A stretch of DNA of 64,000 nt, from positions 124,001 through 188,000 of IMG/VR virus record IMGVR_UViG_3300024308_000188; one strand, 5' to 3'. Position numbers and translations under genes: made by a program. This document shows, in pieces, positions 54,068 through 63,002 of the stretch. The notes beneath the pieces are model-generated. The model worked only from the letters and a program-made list of their open reading frames with translations. It was not told the DNA's origin and made no database searches. Every line of letters starts with the position of its first letter. The stretch's first letter is position 1.

Positions 54068-54370
54068 ATGAATATTCAACTTGTACATTCCTCAGTTTTA
54101 ACCGTTAATCATTTTGTACGCAATCAAATGGCAGGAGAACTTACTGTTGTTTTATGTGATACAAGCGATACACTAGAAGCCCAGCGCTATATGGAAACCT
54201 TCAAAAAGAAAGTCCAACAGGTAATGCCGCTTATGGTTCCAGATAAGTTAAGTTGCTACTGCTATACAAATGGCCGCCTTAATTGCAGAAAGCTACACAG
54301 GAATCTTTCTACCTTTATTCAAAATCATCCAGACCAGAAATTAATTAATCAACGAGCCGAGTGGCATTAG
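54068..54370 (+). CDS. hypothetical protein
   Basis: AGGA RBS before MNIQLV. Confidence 0.65.
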   Translation: MNIQLVHSSVLTVNHFVRNQMAGELTVVLCDTSDTLEAQRYMETFKKKVQQVMPLMVPDKLSCYCYTNGRLNCRKLHRNLSTFIQNHPDQKLINQRAEWH

Positions 54371-54375
54371 TAAAA

Positions 54376-54383
54376 CTGTAAAT
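54376..54383 (+). promoter_or_regulatory. CTGTAAAT candidate phage promoter
   Basis: Intergenic, 25 nt before the next ATG. Confidence 0.5.
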
Positions 54384-54408
54384 CTTTCTTTAGTAACAGG
54401 AGAGATTT

Positions 54409-55110
54409 ATGATATGCACTTTATATTCGTGTGGTTGCAGTAACACAGCTAAAAAGCAAGGGCCAGATTTCTGTGACATACATGGAAGGCAGTATATAAT
54501 CAGAGGCAGCTGGCCGAATCCTTTAAAGAAAAGAAAGTTTGTGCGCGATAAGTATTCTGTTTATTTATGTGCTAATCCAGAAGATGTGCCGTTCAAACCT
54601 GTGATAACAGATCTTGTTGTCATAAACAATATGTATGACTTAACAGTCGAAAACATAAAGCATTTCTTTGGTGGAAATAAAGTTCTTTGTTTGCTCTTAG
54701 AAAACATGAAAGCAGAATCTGACATAAGATCTTTTATTTTTGCTGGCGTCCCTATGAACATGGGTACTGTAGGAAAAAGTTTCCAGTTTGTGGACATACA
54801 TACAGTAGAAAATGGATCTATTATTTCAGAATACAAAACGCTTTCTGGAATACTCGCTCCGAAAAAGCTTGAAGAATTTGCTGAGTGTCATCGCAGCGTT
54901 GGTTGCTTTTTTGAAAAGTGGCTTATTACACAAGTTAAGCCAAAACGAGTTGTTCACGTAAATGCTAAATCTTTACGTTGGTTAAAAGCAGCTAAAGAAA
55001 CTGAAACTCCTTACACAGCGCAAACTGTAAATCCATTAGTATACAATCTAATGGTCGATTCGGATAAATTGGAAAGAATTCAATTATCCGAACATGGGAT
55101 AATCAAATGA
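54409..55110 (+). CDS. possible degenerate N4/N6 DNA methyltransferase-fold protein
   Basis: DLVVINNMY at the expected DPPY position; C-terminal WLITQVKPKRVVHVNAKS..WLKAAK....YTAQTVNPLVY resembles the beta-class SAM module without FxGxG. Confidence 0.4.
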   Translation: MICTLYSCGCSNTAKKQGPDFCDIHGRQYIIRGSWPNPLKKRKFVRDKYSVYLCANPEDVPFKPVITDLVVINNMYDLTVENIKHFFGGNKVLCLLLENMKAESDIRSFIFAGVPMNMGTVGKSFQFVDIHTVENGSIISEYKTLSGILAPKKLEEFAECHRSVGCFFEKWLITQVKPKRVVHVNAKSLRWLKAAKETETPYTAQTVNPLVYNLMVDSDKLERIQLSEHGIIK

Positions 55111-56075
55111 ATAAAATCAAACCTAATCCGGTTATAGATATTATTGACGGCCACAACTGGCTTAATCGAGCATATTACTCCAGTTTAAAGAACAAGGGAA
55201 TGACGTTAAAGGACGGAACACCTACCGGAGCAGCTAAAACTTTTTGCGTTATGCTAAATGCTCTTATTCGCAGAAGATTAGCGTCACGAGGTCAAGTTAT
55301 TTTAGCTGTTGTATTTGACCACAAAAAAGGTTCGGACAAGCGCAAGAAAATAATGCGCGATTTCATGGAAAAGCGTTTACGCGGAGAAGATGCTGCTAAA
55401 TTTCCAGAAAAATATTTAAGTGGTTATAAAGGTAATCGTTTTTCTGACGGTGACGATGCTAAAAGTATTGCACTTCGCCCACAATTAAAAATGATTATTG
55501 ATATTTTGACTGCGCGTGGAATTCACCCTATAACTTCTGTTCACGGTGAGGCCGACGATATTATAGGAAGCTTGTGTTTCCAACTAAAATGTCGTAAATA
55601 TATTTGGAGTCGTGACGGTGATTTCGCTCAGTTATTAAAACCTGATACAAGGTTACGTTTACCAAAACAAGACAACAGTGAAGAACAAGATATTACATAT
55701 CAAAGTTGTCTTGAAAAGTATGGCGTTATTCCTCCAATGTTTGTGGATCTTTTGGCACTGACAGGAGATCAGAGCGATAACATTCCAGGCATTCCAGGCG
55801 TCGGAGATAAAACAGCTATCGAATTGTTGATGCAGTATGAAGATCTTGATTCTATATTCCAAGCAGAACATAAAGGCGCTTTGGGAAAAAAACTCAAAGA
55901 TCCATTTTATCAAGATCTTTGTTTTATGTGCAGAGATTTAGTTGAGATCAAGAAAGACTTAAAGGTAGATACACGATTATCGACCTATCTGTTGGAACCT
56001 TGGTCTAAAAAAGTCGAACGAAAAGTTCGTTCTGTAGAAAAACAGTTTGAGTTCAAAGAAACATTCAACTGTTAG
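55107..56075 (+). CDS. 5'-3' exonuclease / flap endonuclease (PolA N-terminal / T4 RNase H family)
   Basis: IIDGHNWLNRAYY, VVFD, YKGNR, EADDIIGSL, SRDGDFAQL, LTGDQSDNIPGIPGVGDKTA. Confidence 0.95.
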   Translation: MNKIKPNPVIDIIDGHNWLNRAYYSSLKNKGMTLKDGTPTGAAKTFCVMLNALIRRRLASRGQVILAVVFDHKKGSDKRKKIMRDFMEKRLRGEDAAKFPEKYLSGYKGNRFSDGDDAKSIALRPQLKMIIDILTARGIHPITSVHGEADDIIGSLCFQLKCRKYIWSRDGDFAQLLKPDTRLRLPKQDNSEEQDITYQSCLEKYGVIPPMFVDLLALTGDQSDNIPGIPGVGDKTAIELLMQYEDLDSIFQAEHKGALGKKLKDPFYQDLCFMCRDLVEIKKDLKVDTRLSTYLLEPWSKKVERKVRSVEKQFEFKETFNC

Positions 56076-56089
56076 CGAGGGGAAATATT

Positions 56090-56764
56090 ATGACAACATT
56101 AGAACAAAGACTTCAACAGCTGGTTAAAGGTGGCTTGGGCTGCAAAACAAATTCAGTTAACTATATGATAACCGATCATTTCTTGGACGCTATAGTACAC
56201 AGCGTAAGAAATAATTTTTCTGATTTGGTTGTTGCCTCAAATACGTCCCATGTTCCTAAAGGTCTTGTGGGTTCTTTGCATAAGTTTATACCTGAACTTA
56301 TTAAAGCAGAAGCTGCTTGCAAATTCACCGGACGTACTGCACTAGGAAAGCATTTTAAATATTCTTGCTATCCGGCTTCAGAGTTACCTAACATAGTTGA
56401 CCAGAGAAATGCCGGACGCAAACTCGATATTACTACAATATTCGTGCAAAATACTTTTGGACACAAAGTTCCAGATAATAAAGTTCACCACGTTGATCTG
56501 GATTCTGTAGAATCTGGCTTTAATCAATTGTTGGAAGATTTTGATAAACCGACCAACATCGGACTTTATTTTTTCGGTAACGATTCTTCTTATGGTACAC
56601 CTTGGGAAGAAATAGAAGATGCTTTAAATCGGTCTTTTGATGGTACTCGCCACAACTTAACAGTTTTCCTTCCTGCATCTGTTGTTCGAGATCATAATTT
56701 TTTCAAAAGACTGAGTTTGACTTCAGTTCCTAAGTATTACAGCAAAGTCAAAAACAAAAACTAA
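56090..56764 (+). CDS. divergent macrodomain-like protein (T4 Tk.4 / Poa1p type)
   Basis: VVASNTSHVPKGLVGSLHKFIPEL...LGK, TIFVQNTFG, DLDSVESGFNQL and GTPWEEIEDAL follow the Tk.4-like motif order; Gly loops degenerate. Confidence 0.5.
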   Translation: MTTLEQRLQQLVKGGLGCKTNSVNYMITDHFLDAIVHSVRNNFSDLVVASNTSHVPKGLVGSLHKFIPELIKAEAACKFTGRTALGKHFKYSCYPASELPNIVDQRNAGRKLDITTIFVQNTFGHKVPDNKVHHVDLDSVESGFNQLLEDFDKPTNIGLYFFGNDSSYGTPWEEIEDALNRSFDGTRHNLTVFLPASVVRDHNFFKRLSLTSVPKYYSKVKNKN

Positions 56765-56816
56765 AAAGTTTGGGGGCTTAGGCTCCCAACCTGTTAGTTC
56801 TGATAACAGGTGAATC

Positions 56817-57650
56817 ATGATCACTCAATTTTCAGCTAATGAAGCTGTTCGTTGTTTTATAAGTCAAGAGTCCTCAGACTTGTCTTTGTTAGAAGATAAT
56901 TCGGAGGCTTTAGAGAGACTCACAACAAAATACAATCGTACTTATATCTTCAAGGTAACTAAAGATCGTATTGATTGCTTTAGTACAAGCATGACACGAG
57001 TTATGAATGCCGTGCTTTATCATGGATATGATATTCCTTGCTATTTGGTTCCTGCTTCCTCAAATTCTTTAACTGACAGGCTGGCTAGACTTATCGAGCA
57101 TAGTGAATTAATAAATACATTGAGAAGCAATTTTACAGAAAGCTTTGTTACCGTTACAAAAATAGAAGATACTTGGTATTTCAAATATGGCCATAAAGAT
57201 TCTATTTCTGATAAAGCGTTAACATCTTTTGGATTTCCAATTTGTTCAAAGTTAAATCGCTTAATTGATTCTCAGCTTGATGTGTCGGGCATAGGTAAAA
57301 TTTTTCTGATAAAAGATCAGACTCTTATGTTGAACGTACAGTCTTTGCTTGAAATGAAATATTCATTTGATTTAATTGAAAGCAGAGCCGAAAACAAATC
57401 CACCTCTGACGAAATGGATATTTGGCGTTTGACATCTTGGATGAATGAATATGCTCTTTTCATATACAGAACTTACGACCTTGATATTTGCACTAGCTTG
57501 AGCGGTAAATATTTTGGATTAAATCACGACAGAGTTTGCATTAAGTCTATTGACGGGCATTTACGCATTGTAAGTAATTCAAGCCCAAGACATCACGACT
57601 TGCATTATCTTCATATTTTAAATCAAGTAGAAGCCATAATGGAGGCTTAG
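56817..57650 (+). CDS. hypothetical protein
   Basis: AGGT RBS; 277 aa. Confidence 0.75.
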   Translation: MITQFSANEAVRCFISQESSDLSLLEDNSEALERLTTKYNRTYIFKVTKDRIDCFSTSMTRVMNAVLYHGYDIPCYLVPASSNSLTDRLARLIEHSELINTLRSNFTESFVTVTKIEDTWYFKYGHKDSISDKALTSFGFPICSKLNRLIDSQLDVSGIGKIFLIKDQTLMLNVQSLLEMKYSFDLIESRAENKSTSDEMDIWRLTSWMNEYALFIYRTYDLDICTSLSGKYFGLNHDRVCIKSIDGHLRIVSNSSPRHHDLHYLHILNQVEAIMEA

Positions 57651-57652
57651 TT

Positions 57653-58108
57653 TTGCAGATACAACCTTATTCAAGTACAACTTGGTGGCGTGATATTTTA
57701 AATCAATCGCTGCCTTCCCATCTTTTGCTTGTCGATGTTCAGTTGACAGAGTTTCCTGTAAGTACATCCAAGCATTGGGGTAAGCTTGAGTTGATTCAAG
57801 ATCCTGAAGATCAAGAGTCGCAGAGTTACAATGAGTATCTTCAATCTTTTATAGATGAAGGAAATATTTTTAATTATGGTGCAGAACGTCTTGAAGATTG
57901 CACTTTGTTTATGACAGTAGCTACTGTGATAATGGAAAAACAAGACGGCGAATTATTTGCTCAAATTGAAATTCCTCTTGTTATTGATCAGACTACAGTA
58001 AGTCCTGATGTAGTTGGTATAAGAAAAACTGTTCTTACCACTGTCAAAACGCAGTTAGATGAATTGTTATCTGATATTCCAGAATTTATTCCTCACAGGC
58101 TAAACTAA
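57653..58108 (+). CDS. hypothetical protein
   Basis: GGAGG RBS before TTG. Confidence 0.68.
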   Translation: MQIQPYSSTTWWRDILNQSLPSHLLLVDVQLTEFPVSTSKHWGKLELIQDPEDQESQSYNEYLQSFIDEGNIFNYGAERLEDCTLFMTVATVIMEKQDGELFAQIEIPLVIDQTTVSPDVVGIRKTVLTTVKTQLDELLSDIPEFIPHRLN

Positions 58109-58109
58109 G

Positions 58110-58790
58110 ATGAAAGCAAAACAACTATTAGCTGAGTACGGAAAGTGTTACAGCATTGTTCACCGCACAGCAAACTCAAAATTCAATACAACGATGGGTG
58201 TTGTTTGTGAGTGCGAAAAACGACTTGAATCTATTACAAATGAATTGATTAAGTTACCTGAAAAATCTCAGTACGCAAGTCCTTATGTTCGTATTCGTTA
58301 TGGAAATCGGTTATGCACTATTGATGAACTTGCTTCTGCTTTTGATTGTTCACCAGTTTATATAGCTGCATATTATGGAATTTATGGTGCTGATATTAAA
58401 GGTATGTTACGCGATCTTGGTCGTGACTACATTGAATACCACGGCCACCACTATGATCTTTTAGAGATAGGGAATAGAATAAATGTTCCTTGGTCGCTAA
58501 TGAAAGACATTGAAGATCCAGAAGTTTTGTACAAGCTGCATGATCACTATCTGAGAATTTTATTCATAGATAAAAATGTTTCTCACGGCAAACCAAATAA
58601 AGAACCTTCTGAGAAAATTAAAAAGGAATACGATATTATACTGAAGAAAATTCTTCAGGCATTTAATACACTTCCTAAGCTTGAAAGTTACTTGGCGGAT
58701 AAAGCAAAATGTAATTCTGCCGCGCAAGCACGTAGCGTTAAACGTAGGGCAAAACCTGCCGATATTTTTGATAACATTGATAGAGGATAA
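58110..58790 (+). CDS. hypothetical, possible DNA-binding protein with two small HTH-like repeats
   Basis: IRYGNRLCTIDELASAFDCSP and IEYHGHHYDLLEIGNRINVP. Confidence 0.55.
   Translation: MKAKQLLAEYGKCYSIVHRTANSKFNTTMGVVCECEKRLESITNELIKLPEKSQYASPYVRIRYGNRLCTIDELASAFDCSPVYIAAYYGIYGADIKGMLRDLGRDYIEYHGHHYDLLEIGNRINVPWSLMKDIEDPEVLYKLHDHYLRILFIDKNVSHGKPNKEPSEKIKKEYDIILKKILQAFNTLPKLESYLADKAKCNSAAQARSVKRRAKPADIFDNIDRG
58739..58765 (+). promoter_or_regulatory. sigma28-type promoter upstream of the peptidase
   Basis: TAAA-N15-GCCGATAT (consensus TAAA-N15-GCCGATAA), 28 nt before the ATG at 58794. Confidence 0.55.
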
Positions 58791-58793
58791 TTC

Positions 58794-59600
58794 ATGTTTT
58801 TCACAAACTCAAATCCGTATATGACCGCTACTGAAGCCAAAGTGAACTTGAATCCAAAGGGATTTATTTTGGTTGAACAGCAGGTAAGTGCCGAAGAAGT
58901 ACATCAAACTCTTTTAGATCGTTACCGTGATAAAGATGGTGATGGTTACTTAGATATTAATCCTGACGAACTTTTAAGCGACAACTTTAAATATAAAGAG
59001 TTGATTCGTAGTGATAACGCCACTAAGTATGGCCTTGAAAATCGTGTACCTGCCAACATGATTCACATTGTTGAAAATGCACGTTACACAGCTAAAACTT
59101 GTTTGGAAGTTATTCGTAATAAGTTTGGCGGCTTCACACCTAACAGTTGGTATCGCGGCCCTGAAGTTGAGTACATGGCTACCTATAAAGACGGCTTTAG
59201 TAAATACGTTACAAAGTCTTATCGTCGCAGCAACAACAGTGAGCCTACAGCCGCTGAATTAGTTACCATAATTAATTCAACTATGTATCATCGTGATTTA
59301 GTTCGGAATGCACTGAATTCAAAAACTCACACGTATGCGATTATTTTAGAACTTTGGGATCGCTATTACGCTGGCAAGCAGCATCCGTTAGGTGAAGCTG
59401 TTGATCTTGAAGTTACTAAGAGTGGAAGTAATGGCTCATTGTTTAACTGGATCAAAAACGACAGTAAGATTCAGTACGATCAGTTGATTCTGGAATTTCA
59501 CAAACCAAATATGGGTGCATTTACTGGTTGGGTTCATATTAGCACAACGGAAACCGCACGTACTGGTAAAAAGAATCGGTTGAGCGCATTCAGCATTTAA
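58794..59600 (+). CDS. peptidase M15A family zinc peptidase (endolysin-like)
   Basis: LSDNFKYKELIRS, NSWYRG, QHPLGEAVDL, YDQLILEF, GWVHIS. Confidence 0.88.
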   Translation: MFFTNSNPYMTATEAKVNLNPKGFILVEQQVSAEEVHQTLLDRYRDKDGDGYLDINPDELLSDNFKYKELIRSDNATKYGLENRVPANMIHIVENARYTAKTCLEVIRNKFGGFTPNSWYRGPEVEYMATYKDGFSKYVTKSYRRSNNSEPTAAELVTIINSTMYHRDLVRNALNSKTHTYAIILELWDRYYAGKQHPLGEAVDLEVTKSGSNGSLFNWIKNDSKIQYDQLILEFHKPNMGAFTGWVHISTTETARTGKKNRLSAFSI

Positions 59601-59603
59601 TAT

Positions 59604-59623
59604 ACGAGGCCGCAGCCTCGTTT
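59604..59623 (+). terminator. probable terminator
   Basis: ACGAGGC-cgca-GCCTCGT-TT. Confidence 0.6.
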
Positions 59624-59639
59624 CCTATTGGAGATTCTT

Positions 59640-59858
59640 ATGTTTGAGTATCAAACTCCTCAATTGTTTCAAGCCGATGATATTCGGGACTCTGAAACGC
59701 AAACACAAATTACTCGTCAGGGTGCAAGTTGTTGGACTGCTTCTCGTCCATTATCGCTTCCAAGTTTACGTACTCGTTTAAGTTTAGCTTGGAAAGTATT
59801 TACTGGACAAGCTGATGCTTTAGTGTGGCGTGGAGATCAGGGAAAACAAACAAAATGA
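59640..59858 (+). CDS. hypothetical phage protein
   Basis: GGAG RBS; RLSLAWKVFTGQADALVW. Confidence 0.7.
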   Translation: MFEYQTPQLFQADDIRDSETQTQITRQGASCWTASRPLSLPSLRTRLSLAWKVFTGQADALVWRGDQGKQTK

Positions 59859-59983
59859 TGTATATGAAAAAGATGAATCCTTTTATTCGTGCTGTACTTA
59901 TTTACATTGCAAGTACAATTGTAGTATCTACTTTACTCGTGGCAAGCAACGCACTCAGTTATGTAGCAAAAGAACTAGATTAA
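59855..59983 (+). CDS. 42 aa membrane peptide
   Basis: ATGA overlap; MMYMKKMNPFIRAVLIYIASTIVVSTLLVASNALSYVAKELD. Confidence 0.5.
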   Translation: MMYMKKMNPFIRAVLIYIASTIVVSTLLVASNALSYVAKELD

Positions 59984-59998
59984 AGGTTACGGCACTCT

Positions 59999-60514
59999 AT
60001 GACTTCAGATCAATTTTGGACAATTTACAACATGATCAAGGCCAAGCCTGTAATAAGTAAAAGTGTACATGCTGTGCATGACGTCTTGTGTGGTAGCCTG
60101 TCTGTTAGTGAATCCGCTGCTAAATATGGTGTGAGTATTCCAGTTGTTTTTGATGGTGTAAAGCGCTACACTAAATATCACGCTGATTTATGTATAGCCT
60201 ATGGTTATTCGGATCGTGAGATAATTCAGTTACGTATTGCTTCATCTTCGCGTGATTGGATTTTAATGCAACGTCCGTTTGCTGCACGTAATTATAAATT
60301 TGTTGCTGAGCTTGCGTTAAAATCTGATCCAAACGCGAAAACGGCAATGATAGACAACTTTATTGCAAGCGTGATTAAACTTGTTAAACAAAACAAGTGC
60401 ATTCAACCTGATGTGAAGTTAAGGGCTTTAGTTTACAGTTGGCACAGCATTCCAGCAATGGATGCGTTAAACTCTTTGGAATTGAAACCTCAACCGCAGC
60501 AATTAGTCTGTTAA
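59999..60514 (+). CDS. putative HTH protein (TrfB/KorA-like N-terminus)
   Basis: AVHDVLCGSLSVSESAAKYGVSIPVVFDGVKR. Confidence 0.5.
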   Translation: MTSDQFWTIYNMIKAKPVISKSVHAVHDVLCGSLSVSESAAKYGVSIPVVFDGVKRYTKYHADLCIAYGYSDREIIQLRIASSSRDWILMQRPFAARNYKFVAELALKSDPNAKTAMIDNFIASVIKLVKQNKCIQPDVKLRALVYSWHSIPAMDALNSLELKPQPQQLVC

Positions 60515-60527
60515 AGGAATTAATTTA

Positions 60528-60734
60528 ATGTCAACAAGCTCTAATGTTCCACCGCATCCAGAAATTAAATATTTCCCCACTGGAAATTCACGATTGCGCC
60601 CTCACACTTTAGAAGATGGCACTGTTTTGCTTGTATATCAAATTGAGTTGGCTTCAAATATGAATCAAGTTAAAATATATCGTGACGCCACTGTGCAAGA
60701 TTTATCTCTTAATATTCCTCTTGTAAAAAACTAG
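60528..60734 (+). CDS. hypothetical protein
   Basis: AAGGA RBS; 68 aa. Confidence 0.68.
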   Translation: MSTSSNVPPHPEIKYFPTGNSRLRPHTLEDGTVLLVYQIELASNMNQVKIYRDATVQDLSLNIPLVKN

Positions 60735-60749
60735 AAAAGGAAATCAATT

Positions 60750-61271
60750 ATGAAAATTTTGGTATCTTTAAATAAAAATAAACCTAAGTCTTTTCCTCAG
60801 AAAAGTGCTCAAGTAATTTGCGGCTTTCCTGGAATTGGTAAAACTCATTTCTTCAATCGCCAGCAAGAGTTGGGATTTACTGTTATGGACAGCGATAGTT
60901 CAAAATTCCCTAAAGATGATTTTCCGGCAAATTACATTAAACACATTGAAGAAGCTCGTTACCAGTGCGATTATTTACTCGTTAGTTCGCATGATGCTGT
61001 ACGCCAAGCTTTGGTAGATGCTGGAATTGAATTCACTTTGATTTATCCAGAAAAGAATTTAAAAGTAGAGTACATGCAGCGTTATGCTAAGCGTGGATCT
61101 CCAAAAGAATTCTTAACCATGATGAACAAGAACTGGGCAAATTTTTTAACCAGTTGTGTTGATCAACAAGGTTGCACTCATGTTGTGTTAAAAGCAAAAC
61201 AATTTATGTCGGATGTGATTGGCACACAGGAGAAAGTTGATGAATTTACAACAGATGAAAGTCAGGGTTAG
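60750..61271 (+). CDS. small P-loop NTPase / kinase-like protein
   Basis: VICGFPGIGKT, DSDSS. Confidence 0.78.
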   Translation: MKILVSLNKNKPKSFPQKSAQVICGFPGIGKTHFFNRQQELGFTVMDSDSSKFPKDDFPANYIKHIEEARYQCDYLLVSSHDAVRQALVDAGIEFTLIYPEKNLKVEYMQRYAKRGSPKEFLTMMNKNWANFLTSCVDQQGCTHVVLKAKQFMSDVIGTQEKVDEFTTDESQG

Positions 61272-62112
61272 AAACTGGCTTACTAATTGTTTTGGTGTTG
61301 AACACACAAATGACAAAAGTGAACGCAGTTTTCGTTTTGCAGAAGAATGTGTAGAATTGTGTCAGGCTATAGGTTTATCGCGTGACCAAATGAATAGTAT
61401 TTTAGATCACGTTTATAGCCGACCAAAAGGTGAAGTAGATCAGGAAGCAGCAGGTACACTGATCACATTATTATCAGTGTGTGATTTGCATAGCGTTTCA
61501 CTTGAATCAATTTTTAAAAGTGAAATGAATCGCGCTGAAAATAATATTGAGGCTATTCGTGCTAAGCATAATACAAAACCTGCACATTTGGCCAAACATA
61601 TTTCTTATTCACAAAATCAAGAAATTTTAAATCGATCAAAGATAAAGCACGTTACTAAGAAATTGTGTGATTTCTTTAACGCACCTATTTCCTTTGCTTT
61701 TCACATGGGAACCGCATCTTCGGAATATTTCGCAATAAGTGTTAAATCTATTTCAGCAGTTATTCAGGCAGATCCTACATTGCTGGACATAAGGGTATAT
61801 AAAGAGTGGCGCGAAAAACAACCAAAACTGTTTTTCTTGGATTCTTATACCACTATAGAAAGAATCACCGGCATCTTTGAAGGCATTAAACTTGATAAGA
61901 AACAGACTAAATTTTGGGTAACTCGCATTGCACCAAACTCAAAAGATTTGAATAATATAGTAGAGCTTACGGAAGCTCTGGACTTGGACTCAATTGGTTT
62001 TTGCTTACAAGGAATTGCATTTCCAAAGGTTGTTCAGTGTGAGTTCGGTAGCCCTGTTCCATCAGACAATGAATACTTATTTATATTCAATAAACAAATA
62101 TTGAATGACTGA
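61243..62112 (+). CDS. MazG-like NTP pyrophosphohydrolase domain fused to an unknown C-terminal domain
   Basis: ERSFRFAEECVELCQAIG...DHVYSRPKGEVDQEAAGTLITL; AGGAG RBS before MNLQQ. Confidence 0.65.
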   Translation, partial: NLQQMKVRVRNWLTNCFGVEHTNDKSERSFRFAEECVELCQAIGLSRDQMNSILDHVYSRPKGEVDQEAAGTLITLLSVCDLHSVSLESIFKSEMNRAENNIEAIRAKHNTKPAHLAKHISYSQNQEILNRSKIKHVTKKLCDFFNAPISFAFHMGTASSEYFAISVKSISAVIQADPTLLDIRVYKEWREKQPKLFFLDSYTTIERITGIFEGIKLDKKQTKFWVTRIAPNSKDLNNIVELTEALDLDSIGFCLQGIAFPKVVQCEFGSPVPSDNEYLFIFNKQILND

Positions 62113-62121
62113 GGGTAAATT

Positions 62122-62955
62122 ATGCAATCTTTTTTCCAATTTTGTACAAAATACCATGATGGAATGTGGCCTGATTTAATTTTGATCGGAAGTCAGATAT
62201 TCGGTCAAGTTAAGCCTGATGAATTCTTAAAAAGAGACGGTATAAACATTCCGAAACCTTGCACTTATTTAGATGTTGGTAACTTGCAGTTAGATGCTAG
62301 TTACTACAGGGAACAGGCTTTGACATCTAGCCTTCTTATAGGTCAAAGATCCGGTAAATCTTATTTGTTAAGAGCTTTAGTGAGCTATATATCTAGCTTC
62401 TCAGAAGAATTTAATTTAGGTCAGAATTCTACACAGTCAAAAGATTATTTTCATATTGATGTGCCGAATGCAAATGTTGAAGATCATGTAAGAAGTATAT
62501 GTGAAACTTTAACAGCCTTTAAAGCAGCCTTTACTGTGGAAATGTTTGAATCAGGAAATCAGACAGCTGCACGAATTCTAATGAATTCTGGATTCACCGT
62601 GGTTTTGTGTGATGGTATTCCAAATTCAGGAAACGCTGATTATTTTGAACTTGGAAGATGTATTGGTTATATATCTGAAGAGTTAGCTTGGAGATATAAA
62701 GCAGTAAAAAATAAATCAATGAATCCAATTGACCGACTTAATTCTTTAAAGATGTCGAGCATTGCACATAATGCACCTCTCTTTATTTCGATAAGTTCGG
62801 TTTTCGATGATGATACCTTTTTAAAATGTCGCGTTAATTTATTCATACGTCGCGCTACTTGGGAAGTCAACCCAAATATAAAAGGATCTTTACTTGGAGA
62901 GTTATTCATCGCAGATCCTACAGGAGCCATGCGTGATTTTGGATCACGAGTTTAA
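62122..62955 (+). CDS. truncated terminase-ATPase paralogue (no intein, no nuclease domain)
   Basis: IGQRSGKSYL Walker A; RRATWEVNPNIKGSLLGELFIADPTGAMRDFGS matches TerL RPTWKMNPHIPFDGELIREEYRKDPIGAARDFGA. Confidence 0.72.
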   Translation: MQSFFQFCTKYHDGMWPDLILIGSQIFGQVKPDEFLKRDGINIPKPCTYLDVGNLQLDASYYREQALTSSLLIGQRSGKSYLLRALVSYISSFSEEFNLGQNSTQSKDYFHIDVPNANVEDHVRSICETLTAFKAAFTVEMFESGNQTAARILMNSGFTVVLCDGIPNSGNADYFELGRCIGYISEELAWRYKAVKNKSMNPIDRLNSLKMSSIAHNAPLFISISSVFDDDTFLKCRVNLFIRRATWEVNPNIKGSLLGELFIADPTGAMRDFGSRV

Positions 62956-62974
62956 ATTTACTTGTTGAAAAAAG

Positions 62975-63001
62975 AAAAGGGAACCGTAATGGCTCCCCTT
63001 T
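62975..63001 (-). terminator. terminator between convergent operons
   Basis: Minus strand GGGAGCC-attac-GGTTCCC-TTTT. Confidence 0.72.
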
Positions 63002-63002
63002 C

